64,000 nucleotides of DNA from NCBI RefSeq assembly GCF_009914755.1, contig NC_060940.1; one strand, given 5' to 3'. Position 1 is the first letter of the stretch. The number at the start of each line of letters is the position of its first letter. Made by a program: the position numbers and the translations under genes. The stretch comes from the human T2T-CHM13v2.0 reference genome, Homo sapiens. The notes under the pieces were generated by a model, which was given only the letters and a program-made list of their open reading frames with translations, was not told the DNA's origin and did no database searches. Shown here piece after piece: positions 29,863 to 45,948 of this stretch.

Positions 29863-30040
29863 GGGCCAGATGTGGCAAGAATGTATAATCCCAGCTACTC
29901 CGGAGACTTAGGTGGGAGGATCACTTGAGCACAGGAGTTTGCGGCTGCAGTGAGCTGTGATTGTGCCACTTGTCTCCAGCCTGGGCAACAGGGTGAGACC
30001 CCATCTCTTAAAAAACAAAAAACAAACAAAAAAACAAAAA
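29863..30040 (+). mobile_element. Alu monomer (FRAM/FAM or AluJ right arm) inside a hAT (MER119-like) relic spanning ~29725-30097
   Basis: Single arm with ggaggatcacttgagc; flanks carry tgaaacaaaagtttcac and gatttcatgaccca...tttgaaaaccactg. Confidence 0.75.
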
Positions 30041-30714
30041 ACTGGTTGATTTCATGACCCAGTTATGAGTTCTGATTCATATTTTGAAAACCACTGTTCT
30101 AAAGGAATGCCAAAAACTTGACATTTGTTGTTTCATTTCTTTCCTATGTAATGTATGGGGGGGAGGAATAAATGTGCAAACATAAAATATCAGTTTATCT
30201 CACCTTGATTTGCTATGATGAGAGATAGCATGGAGCGTGGAAGAGGGAAAACAAGGGGTCACAAAATTTGGGTTCTGCGTCTGAACTTTGCTACGTATGA
30301 ACTGGGTCATCTGGACATAGAACCCCAAAGAGCTTTTAAGTTGGTAGAGGCTCAAGAAACCGTTTTGTACAGCTCACTCAACTTTTAAATCTCTATTAAG
30401 GATATACTTCAAAGTATGATCCAGTTAAGTAGTATTGAGAGACAGTAGCTTTGGGTTAAAAATAAGGGCTAGAACCAGATGTGTGTAACACACTTATACC
30501 TGGCACAAAGTGATCACCATTTAAGTGTTAGCTATTATTAGTATGCCATAAGCATACTCTGAGCCTCAACTTTATTGTTTGTAAAGAGTAGCCTGATGAT
30601 GAAAACAAATTTAAGGAAATTTTACTCTCCTCCTGGGTTCCATCCTTTTAGAGAGAGAAATTTTTTTTTATTTTTGCTGTTTAGAGGTTTACTCTTCCCT
30701 AAGTATCTCAGAAA

Positions 30715-30965
30715 TAGTTGGTCTTGAGAGCCGGAACTATGTTTGAATGTTGCCTCTGCCTCTTCCTGGTCGGGAATTTTTGCTCAAGTTAGTTAAATGT
30801 GGAAATCTCAGCTTCTTACCTGTAAAATGGGGCAGGGGATGGGGATAGGGGAGAGTGGGATGATTATGTCTGTTCTTTCATATTGTTAAAGGATTAGCAA
30901 TAATGTCTTTGAATTGCCTAGAGCAGTGTCTGGCCCTTAATTGCTTCCTGAATGGTGGCTATTAT
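30715..30965. mobile_element. MIR SINE containing a G-rich insertion
   Basis: tctcagcttcttacctgtaaaatgggg core. Confidence 0.65.
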
Positions 30966-31576
30966 GTGTTATAGAAAGCTGGAAACCAAAACACATTTGA
31001 GGAGCCAGTCAGGCAAGGGTCTGTTTCAGCACCCTGGCAGTGAGGAGCAGTACACAGATGGGGAAGTCAGGAGGAGTTAGTTTACCTAGCTGGCCTGCAG
31101 ATGTTTTGGGAGGTGTTCTTTATTGAGCTGACCCACAGCAGAAGGATCAAATGGGGGACTGTGAGCAATTACAAGTGCTTGTTGATGGGAATGAAGGGAT
31201 AGTAGTGATGGGGAGCTCTGGGGGTCATCATTAGATGCTGGCATCTACCAGTGGGAGGTGAACTGTTGGGCCTTTTCTGTACCCACGGGGCATCTCAGTG
31301 GCAGGGAGCCAGTTCATCCTTCACGTTCCAGCTCCCTTCTCCAGAGAACTCATTTTCTCATAAGCTATACGAGTACATCTCCTGGGTGAGGCATGAGAGG
31401 CGTATCACAGGAGAAGGAGTTTGGAGAGAAAGGAAACACATGGGTAGGAAAGGGAAGTCAGGAGATCTGTGGGGGACCTGGACTGAGGCAGCTATGGTTC
31501 TGCCCAACTTTTTAGTTCTTTAATTCCATTGGGCTGTTACTTTTCCTTGAGGTGTGGGTTATTTGAAAGAAACTCA

Positions 31577-31595
31577 CTGCCACTAGATGGCACAC
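31577..31595 (+). promoter_or_regulatory. CTCF-type core motif
   Basis: CTGCCACTAGATGGCACAC matches the CTCF core CCASYAGRKGGCRS; motif match only. Confidence 0.6.
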
Positions 31596-31636
31596 AGATC
31601 CCAGCAGTATTCTGATGTATAAATTACTATTTTATA

Positions 31637-31882
31637 CTTTGGGAGGCTGAGGCGGGCAGATCACGATGTCAGGAGTTCGCGACCAGCCTGACCAATATGG
31701 TGACACCCTGTCTCTACTAAAAATACAAAAATTAGCTGGGTGTGGTGGCGTGTGCCTGTAGTCCCAGCTACTCAGAAGGCTGAGGAGGCAGAAGAATTGC
31801 TTGAACCCGGGAGGTGGAGGTGCAGTGAGCCGAGATCACGCCACTGCACTCTAGCCTGGGTGGCAGAGCGAGACTCCATCTC
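31637..31882 (+). mobile_element. 5'-truncated AluS
   Basis: Starts at actttgggaggctgagg. Confidence 0.92.
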
Positions 31883-31914
31883 TAGATAGATAGATAGATA
31901 GGTAGGTAGGTAGG

Positions 31915-31958
<44 letters not shown>
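31883..31958 (+). repeat. Compound tetranucleotide STR (TAGA)4(TAGG)4(TAGA)11 in place of an Alu tail
   Basis: Read directly; follows Alu 3' end gactccatctc. Confidence 0.95.
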
Positions 31959-31959
<1 letters not shown>

Positions 31960-32403
31960 GTGTTATTATTTTTAAAAATATTTTGAAAAGACAGAACACG
32001 TGTGTTTTTTAAAATAAAATATGATGTATAACCTATTTAGCACTTCATTTTAGAAAGGAAGAAAGGATGAAAAATTAAAATTCAAAATCTATTTTGTGGG
32101 CTCAGTTTGTGCTTAGAGCCCAGTTTTTTAAGTATGTAATGGTTAATGGTCTTTGTTTATATGTGGGTGAGGTTTGACACACACACACACGCTTCATTTA
32201 ATTTATTGAGAGTTCTAAAATGCAGCTTTATAGTAAATATTTTAAAGACCAGAGTAATCTATCCCAAAACAATAATGTCTTTTTTTTCTTCTGTTTCATT
32301 CTTACTTGAAATTTCATCTCTCAGAAATTTGGGAATTGCATTTCTTGCAGAATATTATTTTGCTTTTCAACAAATGTGGTCATTGCTTTGCATTTGTGTT
32401 GTA

Positions 32404-32442
32404 AGTGTGTGTGTGATAGAGAGAGAGAGAGAGAGAGAGAGA
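32404..32442 (+). repeat. (GT)n/(GA)n compound microsatellite
   Basis: Read directly. Confidence 0.85.
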
Positions 32443-32475
32443 TGTGAACATGGGTGTCATTAAAAGAATGGGATA

Positions 32476-32974
<499 letters not shown>

Positions 32975-33344
32975 TCAGCAGCATAGCGGCAGCCACAAAA
33001 AGGTGCCACAGAGCAGAATCCATGCCTACTCATTGTTTGGGAGCATTAGTCATTGATAATAGTTTCATAGCTTTGTTTGTGAACCGTGACACTAAAGCCT
33101 TTAGCTTTAGCCACATTGGAGACCACTAATGAAAATGTGTTTATACTAAAGGTTTGTTGACTTGACATAATCATTTGCTGTGAAAGGTACAAACAAGGCC
33201 CATTAAAATCTGCCATTGTTTTGTGTCTGGGTCCCCTGTGATAGCCAAAAGCAGGTAGGTGGTGACAAGCTGCCCCCTTCTGAATGAACCATGTGGGTTC
33301 CTAGCTTTATGTGCTCTGGTTTATTAATGTCATTACATTATTAG

Positions 33345-33776
<432 letters not shown>

Positions 33777-33999
33777 TAAGAGGGAACTATTTCCTGGGCT
33801 GCTGGTCATTGTTCCTATCCATCCCAGTGCACTGCCCAGGTTTTTGGGGTGTGACAGCACCTGTTGGGGAGACATAGGCCAATACGTAAGGAATCTGGGA
33901 AATCTATAATTAGTAATGTTTTATTTAAATGTATATCCCCAATATTATCCTGCCTCCCGACCTGCCTCCCCCACCTTCTTAAAAAGACTGAACAGAATA

Positions 34000-34340
34000 C
34001 ACTAATGTGCCACATAATGATGTTTTGGTCAAGGACAAACCCAAATATACAACAGTGGTCCCATAAGATTACAATACCATATTTTTATTGTACCTTGTCT
34101 ATAATTAGATACACAGATACTTACCATTGTGTTACAGTTGCCTGTAGTATTCAGTACAGTAACATGCTGTACAGGTTCGTAGCCTGGGAGCAACAAGTTA
34201 AACCATATGCAGCTTGGTGTAGTAGGCTATACCATCTAGGTTTGTGTAAGTATATTCTGTGGTGTTCACACAATGATGAAATCGCCTAGTAGGAGCCTTT
34301 CTCTGAATGTATCCCTGTTATTAAATGATGCTTGACTATA
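34000..34340. mobile_element. Tigger3a-like (TcMar) DNA transposon
   Basis: tacttaccattgtgttacagttgcct..agtattcagtacagtaacatgctgtacagg; similar copy at 55975-56293. Confidence 0.8.
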
Positions 34341-34516
34341 TACTAAAACATTACAGTTGCTAAATTATAAAATGATCAAAAACTAATTAACCATGACAGT
34401 ACGTTTCCAATGCAAGAAAACGATTGTGTTTTAATTTAGCTTGTCATTTGAAAAGCTTTTGCCAAATTCTACTTTGTATTACATTTTCCCACAGTTTCTT
34501 TAAAAAGCAAAAACAC

Positions 34517-35169
<653 letters not shown>

Positions 35170-36295
35170 TCATATTACAACTAAGACTTTGATCTCTACA
35201 TGTCAATTGATGGGTCATCTTCCTTGTTCCTACTCAGCCCCCCACCAGCCCAAGCTATGGAAAAGAAACTGCCCCCTTGTATGAAGAGCAAGGTGTTGGC
35301 GGGGAAGTGCACTCTGTATATCTGTCTGTCTGTCTGCAACTGTGGCTATCAGAATAATGTCTCAGCCCTTTTCCTGTCAGATCTCGGCTGAAGCAAATAA
35401 GGACAATGAACAGCAGCAAAGAGGTCATCCTGGGCATCTCTTTCACTAATGGAAGTCACCAACAGATCTAAATCTAATCGATCCTAATAATAGAGCTACA
35501 TGTATTGAGCCTTGGGTCAATAACTTGATTACATTATCTTATTTTTTTTACAAACAAATAAGCTGAGGTTTAGGGAGTTTGGGCGACCTGGCTAAAGTCC
35601 TGCTACTAGTAGTAAATGGAGGCACTAGGATTTGAAACTGTCAAATTTCAAAGCCTATCCTTTTGGCCATTGTGTTACAGGCATTTAACCTGTTTATATT
35701 AAACTAGACTTGTAGGCTGTCTTTTCACCTCACCTGTATTAAACGAGCAGTGGACATCATCAGACCTGAAACAGAGAGTGCACATGGCAAAACGCTGGAA
35801 GAAATGTGTAAAGAAAGGATTTTTAGAATTTCCCAGATATTGGCCAACAAGTGAAAAGCACATAGACAAGTGGGCAATGATGATGTCATCAATGTTAGGA
35901 AGAAATTAATTTAAACCAACAGAGAAATATAGACTAAGGAACAGTTAGAGGAACTGTGACTAGCTCCATCACCAAGGCTGTATCTGCAATATGAGCCATT
36001 TAGGAATTTTGAAGGACAGTCTTGACTTTCCACTTTTTACATGTTTATGGGATATAGAACCCCACACTGTTGTTTCATGGGGACTTTACTTTCTAACAAT
36101 CATCATGTGCTCCCAGAATGGAAGAAACTAAGAAACATCTGTAAAAGTCATCTATGTTGATGTTTTCAAGTTGGGAGAGTTTTGTGAGGTGTAGGTAGCA
36201 TAGTAGATACCATTATGGTTATTGTTTGCCCTGCAGTATACTTTTGATTTTTTGAAAGTTAATTTTAAGTTGTGTTAATTTTCCCCCATTTATAG

Positions 36296-36358
36296 GGCTT
36301 CCTGAAGAATGAGAAGGACAATGCCCTGCTGTCTGCCATCGAAGAGTCCCGGAAGAGG
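36296..36358 (+). CDS. NUP93: NUP93 coding exon (probably exon 4), 63 bp, phase 0/0
   Basis: ttcccccatttatag|GGC...AGG|gtaaga; translates GFLKNEKDNALLSAIEESRKR, recognised as NUP93; joins the next exon in frame. Confidence 0.97.
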
Positions 36359-36405
36359 GTAAGAAAATTAACCAAAATGTAGATGTATACAGATGAGGGC
36401 AAGAG

Positions 36406-36707
36406 GGCTGGGCGTGGTGGCTCACATCTGTAATCCTAACACTTTGGGAGGCTGATGCAGGAAGTTCGCTTGAGCCCAGGAATTCAAGATCAGCCTAGGC
36501 AACATAGTGAGACCCCATCTTTACAAAAAATGCAAAAAATTAGCTAAGCATGGTGGCACACGTCTGTGGTCCCAGCTACTCCGGTGGTTGTGGGAGAATT
36601 GCTTGAACCTGGGAGGTAGAGGCTTGAGTGAGCCGAGTCGCGCCACTGCACTTCATCCTGGGGGACAGAATGAGGAGCGAGACCCTGTCTCAAAAAAAAA
36701 AAAAAAA
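36406..36707 (+). mobile_element. AluJ-like, starting 48 nt after the exon end at 36358
   Basis: gcttgagcccagg, aacatagtgagacccc diagnostics. Confidence 0.93.
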
Positions 36708-37724
36708 GCAGATGAAGGGTAGCAGTATATACTAGGGGAGTGTGGGATCTGGAAGCTGGAATCTATCCTATGCCCAGTTCTCTCCTACAGAGAGAGTTCT
36801 ACAGGAACCATTTTTTGAGGAGAATACCATGCTTTATAACTCTGTATGTATTTAGTGACTGAAATGCATCTGAGACACTGGACTGGACAATTAACTATTA
36901 AATTAATCTTGAAATGGAAAGACCAGAAAATTAGTGGTTTCATTGTTATTGTATAAATGGCATTTTGGTTTCTACTGAATCAGCAGTTCAGAAAAGCAGC
37001 TGACAATTTCCTTCAACTTAGTTTCCTTTTATTACACAATATGAGTGGACCACCTTTTATATTAACAATTTCTCCAAGCTCAAAAAAAATAAAAAAAGCA
37101 CACACGCGAAACTAGCTCCATGCTTGAAAAGATGGTAAATAAGTCCGCCAAAGACCAGCCATTATATGTGCAACAATATTCTGCAACAAGCAGTCCTGCA
37201 AGATACTCAAAGATTGTTTACTAACATGTGAGTTATCTCCATTTATTTCTGACAAGGATCCAAATATCAAAACCTTTCCATAACATCCCATTATAGTGAA
37301 AGAGATTTTTGGGCCACTGGGGCCTTTTGATGAGGGAAAAGAAAGGCTAGTTGTCCTGTGGAATTGGTTCTAGAAGTGCAGCTTTCCCCAGGAAGGAGGC
37401 TGGCAGGATACATTCCATCAGCTAGCAGTGGCCCTCTCTGCAAAGGGTGTAGGCTTGAAGTGACACCTCTGTTTTGCTGTTTACTTATTTAATTCTTATA
37501 TCCAGTGAAATTTATTTATTATGTAGTTCAAAAATAATAAAGTGAAAAAAATGCTGCTTCTCAGTGTGCTTTATTAAAATATTCTGTGAAGGTGAACATG
37601 TCTCAGTAGTACTGAGGTGAAATAGGGCAGCAGGGAGACTTGCCAGCTCCATTTTATAAGGAAATGTTCCAAAGTCGTTATTTAAATGACTGATATGTTT
37701 AGTTATCAAAATAAAATTCCCATC

Positions 37725-38029
<305 letters not shown>

Positions 38030-39185
38030 TCATTAATTATATTGTTGGCAATAGTACTTAGTCATAGATACAGAGAAATTCACTTGATTCAGATCTGAAA
38101 ATATTTTTAAAAGGGTTTTTTTTGGTTCACACATTAAGTGAATTACTCACCAACATTGATTGTCCTGCTGTAAAGGACCAGTGAAATTAAATTAGGATTG
38201 TTGAATGCTACCAAGCTTTATTAATCCATTTACCCCGCAGAATGTGTTTCTGGAATTGGCAGTCTCTGAACATTGTGCCATACTGAGACTAAATGTGCAG
38301 CCAGCCAAAACATTTAGGTGACATACCACAGTGCAAAATGTGTGCATATGTGTTTGTGAGGGAGGCATTCCAGTGTTGGGAGCCAGCCTAGGGGGAGACC
38401 TTTGACCTGTCTGGACACCAGGAAACTGCCACTGAGCAAGAATCATTTTCACACAAAAAGTGAGCAACTTTCTGGTATTTTTGTGACTATTTCATGTTTG
38501 AATAACTTGCCAGTGTCCTGCTGAAATGCCAGGAAAACAAGCTACAAAACCACAAGTGTGTCCTGTCTTTCCCCATTTGGTACATCCAGGCAAAAACAGA
38601 ACAACATTATCAGAACATATGCAGTGTTTCTAAAAGCCAGCAACAGTGCAGTAATAAACGGGTGTGAAGTCAAAGCATATTGCCCTCTTCCCTTTATGAA
38701 AATGGGGTTCAAATGCTCCCCACCTGCTCTTAATTCAGCTGTCCAATTCTTCCCATGCTTTTTTTCTTAACTGTGTTCAAAGAGAAATATTTTCCACACA
38801 TAACAAAAACTTGAAAGATTCAGATTTAATTTATAATAATTTCTCCACTGTTTTGTCATTTTCTGTGGATTGTTTTGCCTTCCTTTTAATTTTTAGATCT
38901 CTCCACACTTCCAGTTTATCCTTTTTCTTGTCTATTGAGTTTCTTCTTATCACTGCTTCCCACCTCACCTTAGACTCTCATTGCCCTCCTCTTCTCTTAG
39001 TTATTAGTTGAGCAGTTCTGTTGATTCCCTCTCATTAGTTCCTCTAGTTAGCATTCTTCTTTGCACTTTAGTTCAATGGTTCAGATGTGGATATAAACAG
39101 AATAGATTGGAATGGGACAGATGGGTGGCTGATCATCCCTGGTTAGCCCACAGATTGAATGTTCCATTACCTCTAATGTAATTAA

Positions 39186-39578
<393 letters not shown>

Positions 39579-40995
39579 TAGCCTGGCATACTTTCAGATA
39601 TATCTGAGGATTTGAACCCGGAAAGCTGATAGTTTTCAAAGTACTTTCAAAGTGCTAAGCAGGAGTTCTTGGCACACAGGCAGGCAGCCCAATTAACAGG
39701 GAATGGTTAATTCCCACTGTTGTCATTCTGACCCTTACCTGATGCTGAAAGTCTGTCTCCACTGTCCTCTTCAGCAGTCTCTGTGGGTGGTGTATTGTCT
39801 GTTTTCTTTAATTGCCTTTGCTACTCTGCCACTCTTAGCCAGAGGTCTTGTCCTTAAGAAAAAAAGACTTGCTACACTTTGTGGTGTGCTCACCCCGTGT
39901 TGCAGCTCAGTAGGCTGTATAGCGTATCAACCTCCCCCTGCCTCCTAACTTCTACCCTACCTGATCCTTATGCCACCTGGCCCTCCATTTTACCTTGCTG
40001 GGAGAGGCTAGAGGCTGAGGAGGCAGTTGGTTTGACCACTATGTAGGAAAGTTTTAGACAAAATTGTGGCTCACACTTGTCCATTCTTTCTGGACAACTT
40101 CTAAGAAAATTATCTCTTCCCCCCCACCCCCACCCCACCTTTGTGTTCCATCATACTTCTCTTGATTTAAAATGCATAACTTTCATGTTTAAAGTTTACA
40201 GATGTGAGCAAGAAGCAAAGGTTTTTCTCGGTATTTTTCAGCTCAGGCTAACTGACTGGTATGGTCCATTCTGCCTGACTCAGTGAAAAGAAAAAAAACA
40301 GTTGGAAGACTGTTTTTAAAATTTGTAATTATCATTTCTCCTGTGTCTGCAGAATATGTATTAGAAAAGGGTCCAGCAACGCACCAACCTTCTTCCTAAT
40401 CACGTGTCTATGTGTATGTATGTCTGATGTCCTTTTTCACATTTTAATAAATATTGGTCTGAAACAAAACATCCCAATTGTAGGAAGAGTATATGTATGT
40501 GATTTTTCTAACAGTTCCCCAAAGCTCATGCATATCAATATTATCAGTATAAATTATCTGTGTTGCCAATAATAAAGCAGGCATTGCTAATACTCATTCC
40601 CTTATTGCTGCCTAATTAGATGCCAATCTGATTGTAAATGAAATGGCTTTTTGAAAAGGCTTAAGCTGATGGGAAACCTGGTCTGCCAATTGGAGAATAA
40701 TAGGCTGAGAATGGTCATAATTCAATCTATCTATGTTGTTTTAATTCTCAGATTTTTTTTGGTCATCTTCCTTCTTCCCTCTCCCACCCCCTCCCCAGAC
40801 TTCCTTTCTTTTTTATTTTCCTTCTGAATGCCTTTATTTTCGCAGCTACCTGCAACTACCAGTAGACAGTAGCTTTTCAGTAACTTTGAGTAGCTTGGTA
40901 GGCAGTTTAATCCCAGAGGGCTCTTTTTCTTTTACTGGTTTGCTTCCTCCTATGAAAGTTTAGTGTTTCTTTAAAAAATCAAATCAAATCACTGG

Positions 40996-41294
40996 GGCCT
41001 AGTGCAGTGGTTCACACCTGTCATCCCAGCACTTTGGGAGGCCAAGGCGGTCGGATCACTTGAGGTCAGGAGTTCGAGACCAGCCTAGCCAACATGGTGA
41101 AACCCTGTCTCTACTAAAAGTCTTAACACAAAAGTTAGCCAGGTGTGGTGGTGCATGCTTGTAATCCCAGCTACTTGGGAGGCTGAGGTGGGAAGGTGGC
41201 ATGAACTCAGGAGGCGGAGTTTGCAGTGAGCTGAGATCGTTCTGCTGCACTCCAGCCTGGGCAACAGAAAAAAATAATAATAATAATAATAAAA
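40996..41294 (+). mobile_element. AluS with (TAA)n tail
   Basis: Alu consensus. Confidence 0.92.
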
Positions 41295-41454
41295 CACTGG
41301 GAGAAACTTGTTTTTTCTTATCTTAGATGTTTATTATATCGTAAGATACTATTGATTTTATAATCCGTCATTATTTTATATGCTACAAAGAAAAAATACT
41401 GCTATGACATACGATCTAATTTCAGAGCTTTTATAAAGATGTTTATATTAATAA

Positions 41455-42806
<1,352 letters not shown>

Positions 42807-42813
42807 TCAGTAA

Positions 42814-43162
<349 letters not shown>

Positions 43163-43288
43163 AGTAAATTCTTCAAAGATAATTTTTAAAGTAGATTGCT
43201 TTTTCTCTACCTATGGAGAAGTGGTTGGTCTGGAGGGCTTTAGGTTTCTGTTGGGTCTTAAACCATGTTTTTTTTGTTTTTTTCCTGA

Positions 43289-43453
<165 letters not shown>

Positions 43454-43489
43454 TGAATGCAAAAGATAAACTACTGTTAATAAAAACAT

Positions 43490-45372
43490 GAAGTCAAAGA
43501 ATACTTGTCTACTTGACTAGTATTTTTGGCACAGTGGATCACTGTCTTCCCCTTGAAACACTTTCTTCACTTAGCTTTTAGGATGCCGCATTTGCCTGGA
43601 CTTCCTCCAACATGTCTGCCTGCTTCGTCTCAGTCTCCTTTGCTGAGCTTTCCTCAAATTCCCTGACCTCTATAGGTTTGAGTGTCCCAGGGCTCAGTCC
43701 TTAACCTCTTCAGTTTCTCTCTCAATCGCTATCCTGTGATTTCATCTGGGGCTTGGGGCTTTAAATACCTATCATCTATATGTCAAAGAGTTTCAGATTT
43801 ACGCCTGCAGCCTTGAACCTTAGTGTTAATTTATCTGGTTAATTTATCTAGCCAGTGTTAATTTATCTAGTTGCCTTCTTGGCTCTGCTTGTGTGTCTCA
43901 TTGCCCTCACAGGCTAAATATGTCCAGAATTGAGTCATGATAGCAACTCCTTCCCTATCCCCCTTCTCTTCTCACAGAGTTCCCTATCTTTATAAGTGGC
44001 AATTCCAGTTTTTCACTTGCTCAGATCAGACACCTCAGCCTCACTTTTGTCCTCTCCATCTTGCCCATCTGACACCCAGTCTCTTTCACATGTTGACAAA
44101 TCCAGTTAACCCTACCTTAAAATATACCCAGAATCCAACCACTTCTCACTGCCTCCACTTTTAACACTCTGGTACAAATCACTGTCATCTCTTGCTTGGA
44201 TTATTGAACTTGGCCTCCTAACTGGTTGTTGTTATTGCCGTGTAACAGATTACTCCAAACCTTGTTTGTTGAAAACAAGTGTGTAGCTTCTTACTTGGTA
44301 TTTCTGGCTCAGGGTCTCTAAGCACAATCAGGGTATTGGCCGAGGCTGCACTCATTTCAAGGCTAGACGCAAGGAGCATCTACTCACAAGGTCATTCACA
44401 TGGCTGTTGGCAAACCTTAGGTCCTTTCTGGCTCTTGGCTGCAGAAATTATTTTCTTTTCAAATGGGCCTCTATATTGTGCTGCTCACAACATGATAGCT
44501 TGCTTCCCCTAGAACAAGAGGGAATGGGTCCAAGGGAGAGCTAAATAGCCCCCAAGACAGAAACTATCATCTTTCTATAACTTAAAAGTAGTATCCCACC
44601 TCTGTTGGTTAGAAGTCACTAAATCCAGCCTACACTCCAGGGGAGAGGATTATACAAGGGCTTGACTACCAGGAGGTGGGAGTTATTGGGGCCATCTTAG
44701 AGGCTGCTGACCACTCTGGTCTTTCTGCTTTTGCTGTTGCACGCTGCTACAGTCTCTTCTCAACACAGCAGCAAGAACGCAACTATTAAAGGACAGGTTA
44801 GATTGTGTCACTTCTCTGCTCAGAACCCTTCAGTGACTCTCATCTCACATGGAATGAAAACCAAAGTCTTCACTTTGACATGTGGGTCCCTACATGACAT
44901 GGTCTTGTTGCCTCTCCAAGCTCATCTTGTGCTGCTTTCCCTGTTGTTCTTGCTGCACCAGCCGAACAGGCTTCTTACAGGTTCCTTCAGCAAACCTGGT
45001 AGCCCTGCTTCTGCCTCCAGTCCTCTGTGCTTCCTATTGCTTCTGCCAGGAATGCTCTTCCCCCAAAGGACTGCATGGCAGTCTCTCTCACTTCCTTCGG
45101 ATATTTACCCATTGCCATCTCAGACCTTCCAAGGCCCTGAAATCCAAACCAACCCCTTCTTATTCAACACTTTGCATATCCCCTTCTCTTGCTGTATTTT
45201 TCTTTTTGGCACATCCTTCTATGTGCCATAGTATATGTTTTATGTCTTTATATTGTCTCTTTCTCCCATTAGAATGTAAGCTTATTGAAGATAAGGATCT
45301 TTGTTTTGTTTATTCCTTTATCTCCAGTGCCTGGAATACTGTAGATGCTCAGGAAATATTTGTTGAGTGAAT
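43490..45372 (+). mobile_element. L2 3' region, interrupted by an MLT1 LTR
   Basis: L2 3' terminus tagaatgtaagct...gtgcctgg...gctcaggaaatatttgttgagtgaat; pyrimidine-rich L2 body. Confidence 0.8.
44226..44715 (-). mobile_element. ERVL-MaLR LTR (MLT1F-like)
   Basis: Reverse complement begins gtggtcagcagcctctaagatggcccc; internal cattcacatggctgttggc. Confidence 0.75.
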
Positions 45373-45554
45373 CATTTGGCTGTAGCTAACTTCGTACTAA
45401 CTGAACTGTTAGGGATATATTGAAGCAGTGTATTATAGAATGATTATGTTAAGTAGCCCTTTTCTTAATTGCCAGTGTTAATTGACTGACAGTAGTGCTA
45501 AGTTGAAATTTTTTTCCCTCTTTTTAAAATTTAATTTTAAAATATAGGCAGTGT

Positions 45555-45842
45555 GGCCCGGGCGCGGTGGTTCACGCCTATAATCCCAGCATGTTGGGAG
45601 GCCAAGGAGGGTGGATCACAAGGTCAGGAAATCAAGACCATCCTGGCCAACATGGTGAAACCTGGTCTCTACTAAAAATAACAACAATTAGCTGGGCCTG
45701 GTGGCGTGTGCCTGTAATCCCAGCTACTCCAGGGGCTGAGGCAGGAGAATCACTTGAACCAGGGGAGTCGGAGGTCGCAGTGAGCTGAGATCCCGCCACT
45801 GCACTCCAGCCTGGTGACAAAAGGCAACTCCGTCTCAAAAAA
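45555..45842 (+). mobile_element. AluSc-like whose tail runs into the TA-rich minisatellite
   Basis: Alu consensus then aaaaaatatatata... Confidence 0.93.
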
Positions 45843-45948
45843 TATATATAAATATATATATTTCTAAAAATATATATAAATATATATAAATATAAAAATA
45901 TATAAATATACACACACATATAAATATATATTATATAACTATATAAAA

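Noticed and set aside
43821-43872. Three copies of gttaatttatct, and other micro-duplications (42003-42029, 14990-15018, 48893-48920)
   Set aside because: Ordinary slippage duplications, mostly inside TE relics; no sign of function.
44731-45370. Two overlapping ORFs of 166 and 162 aa
   Set aside because: They lie in a pyrimidine-rich L2 relic, have non-ATG starts and show no recognisable domain.
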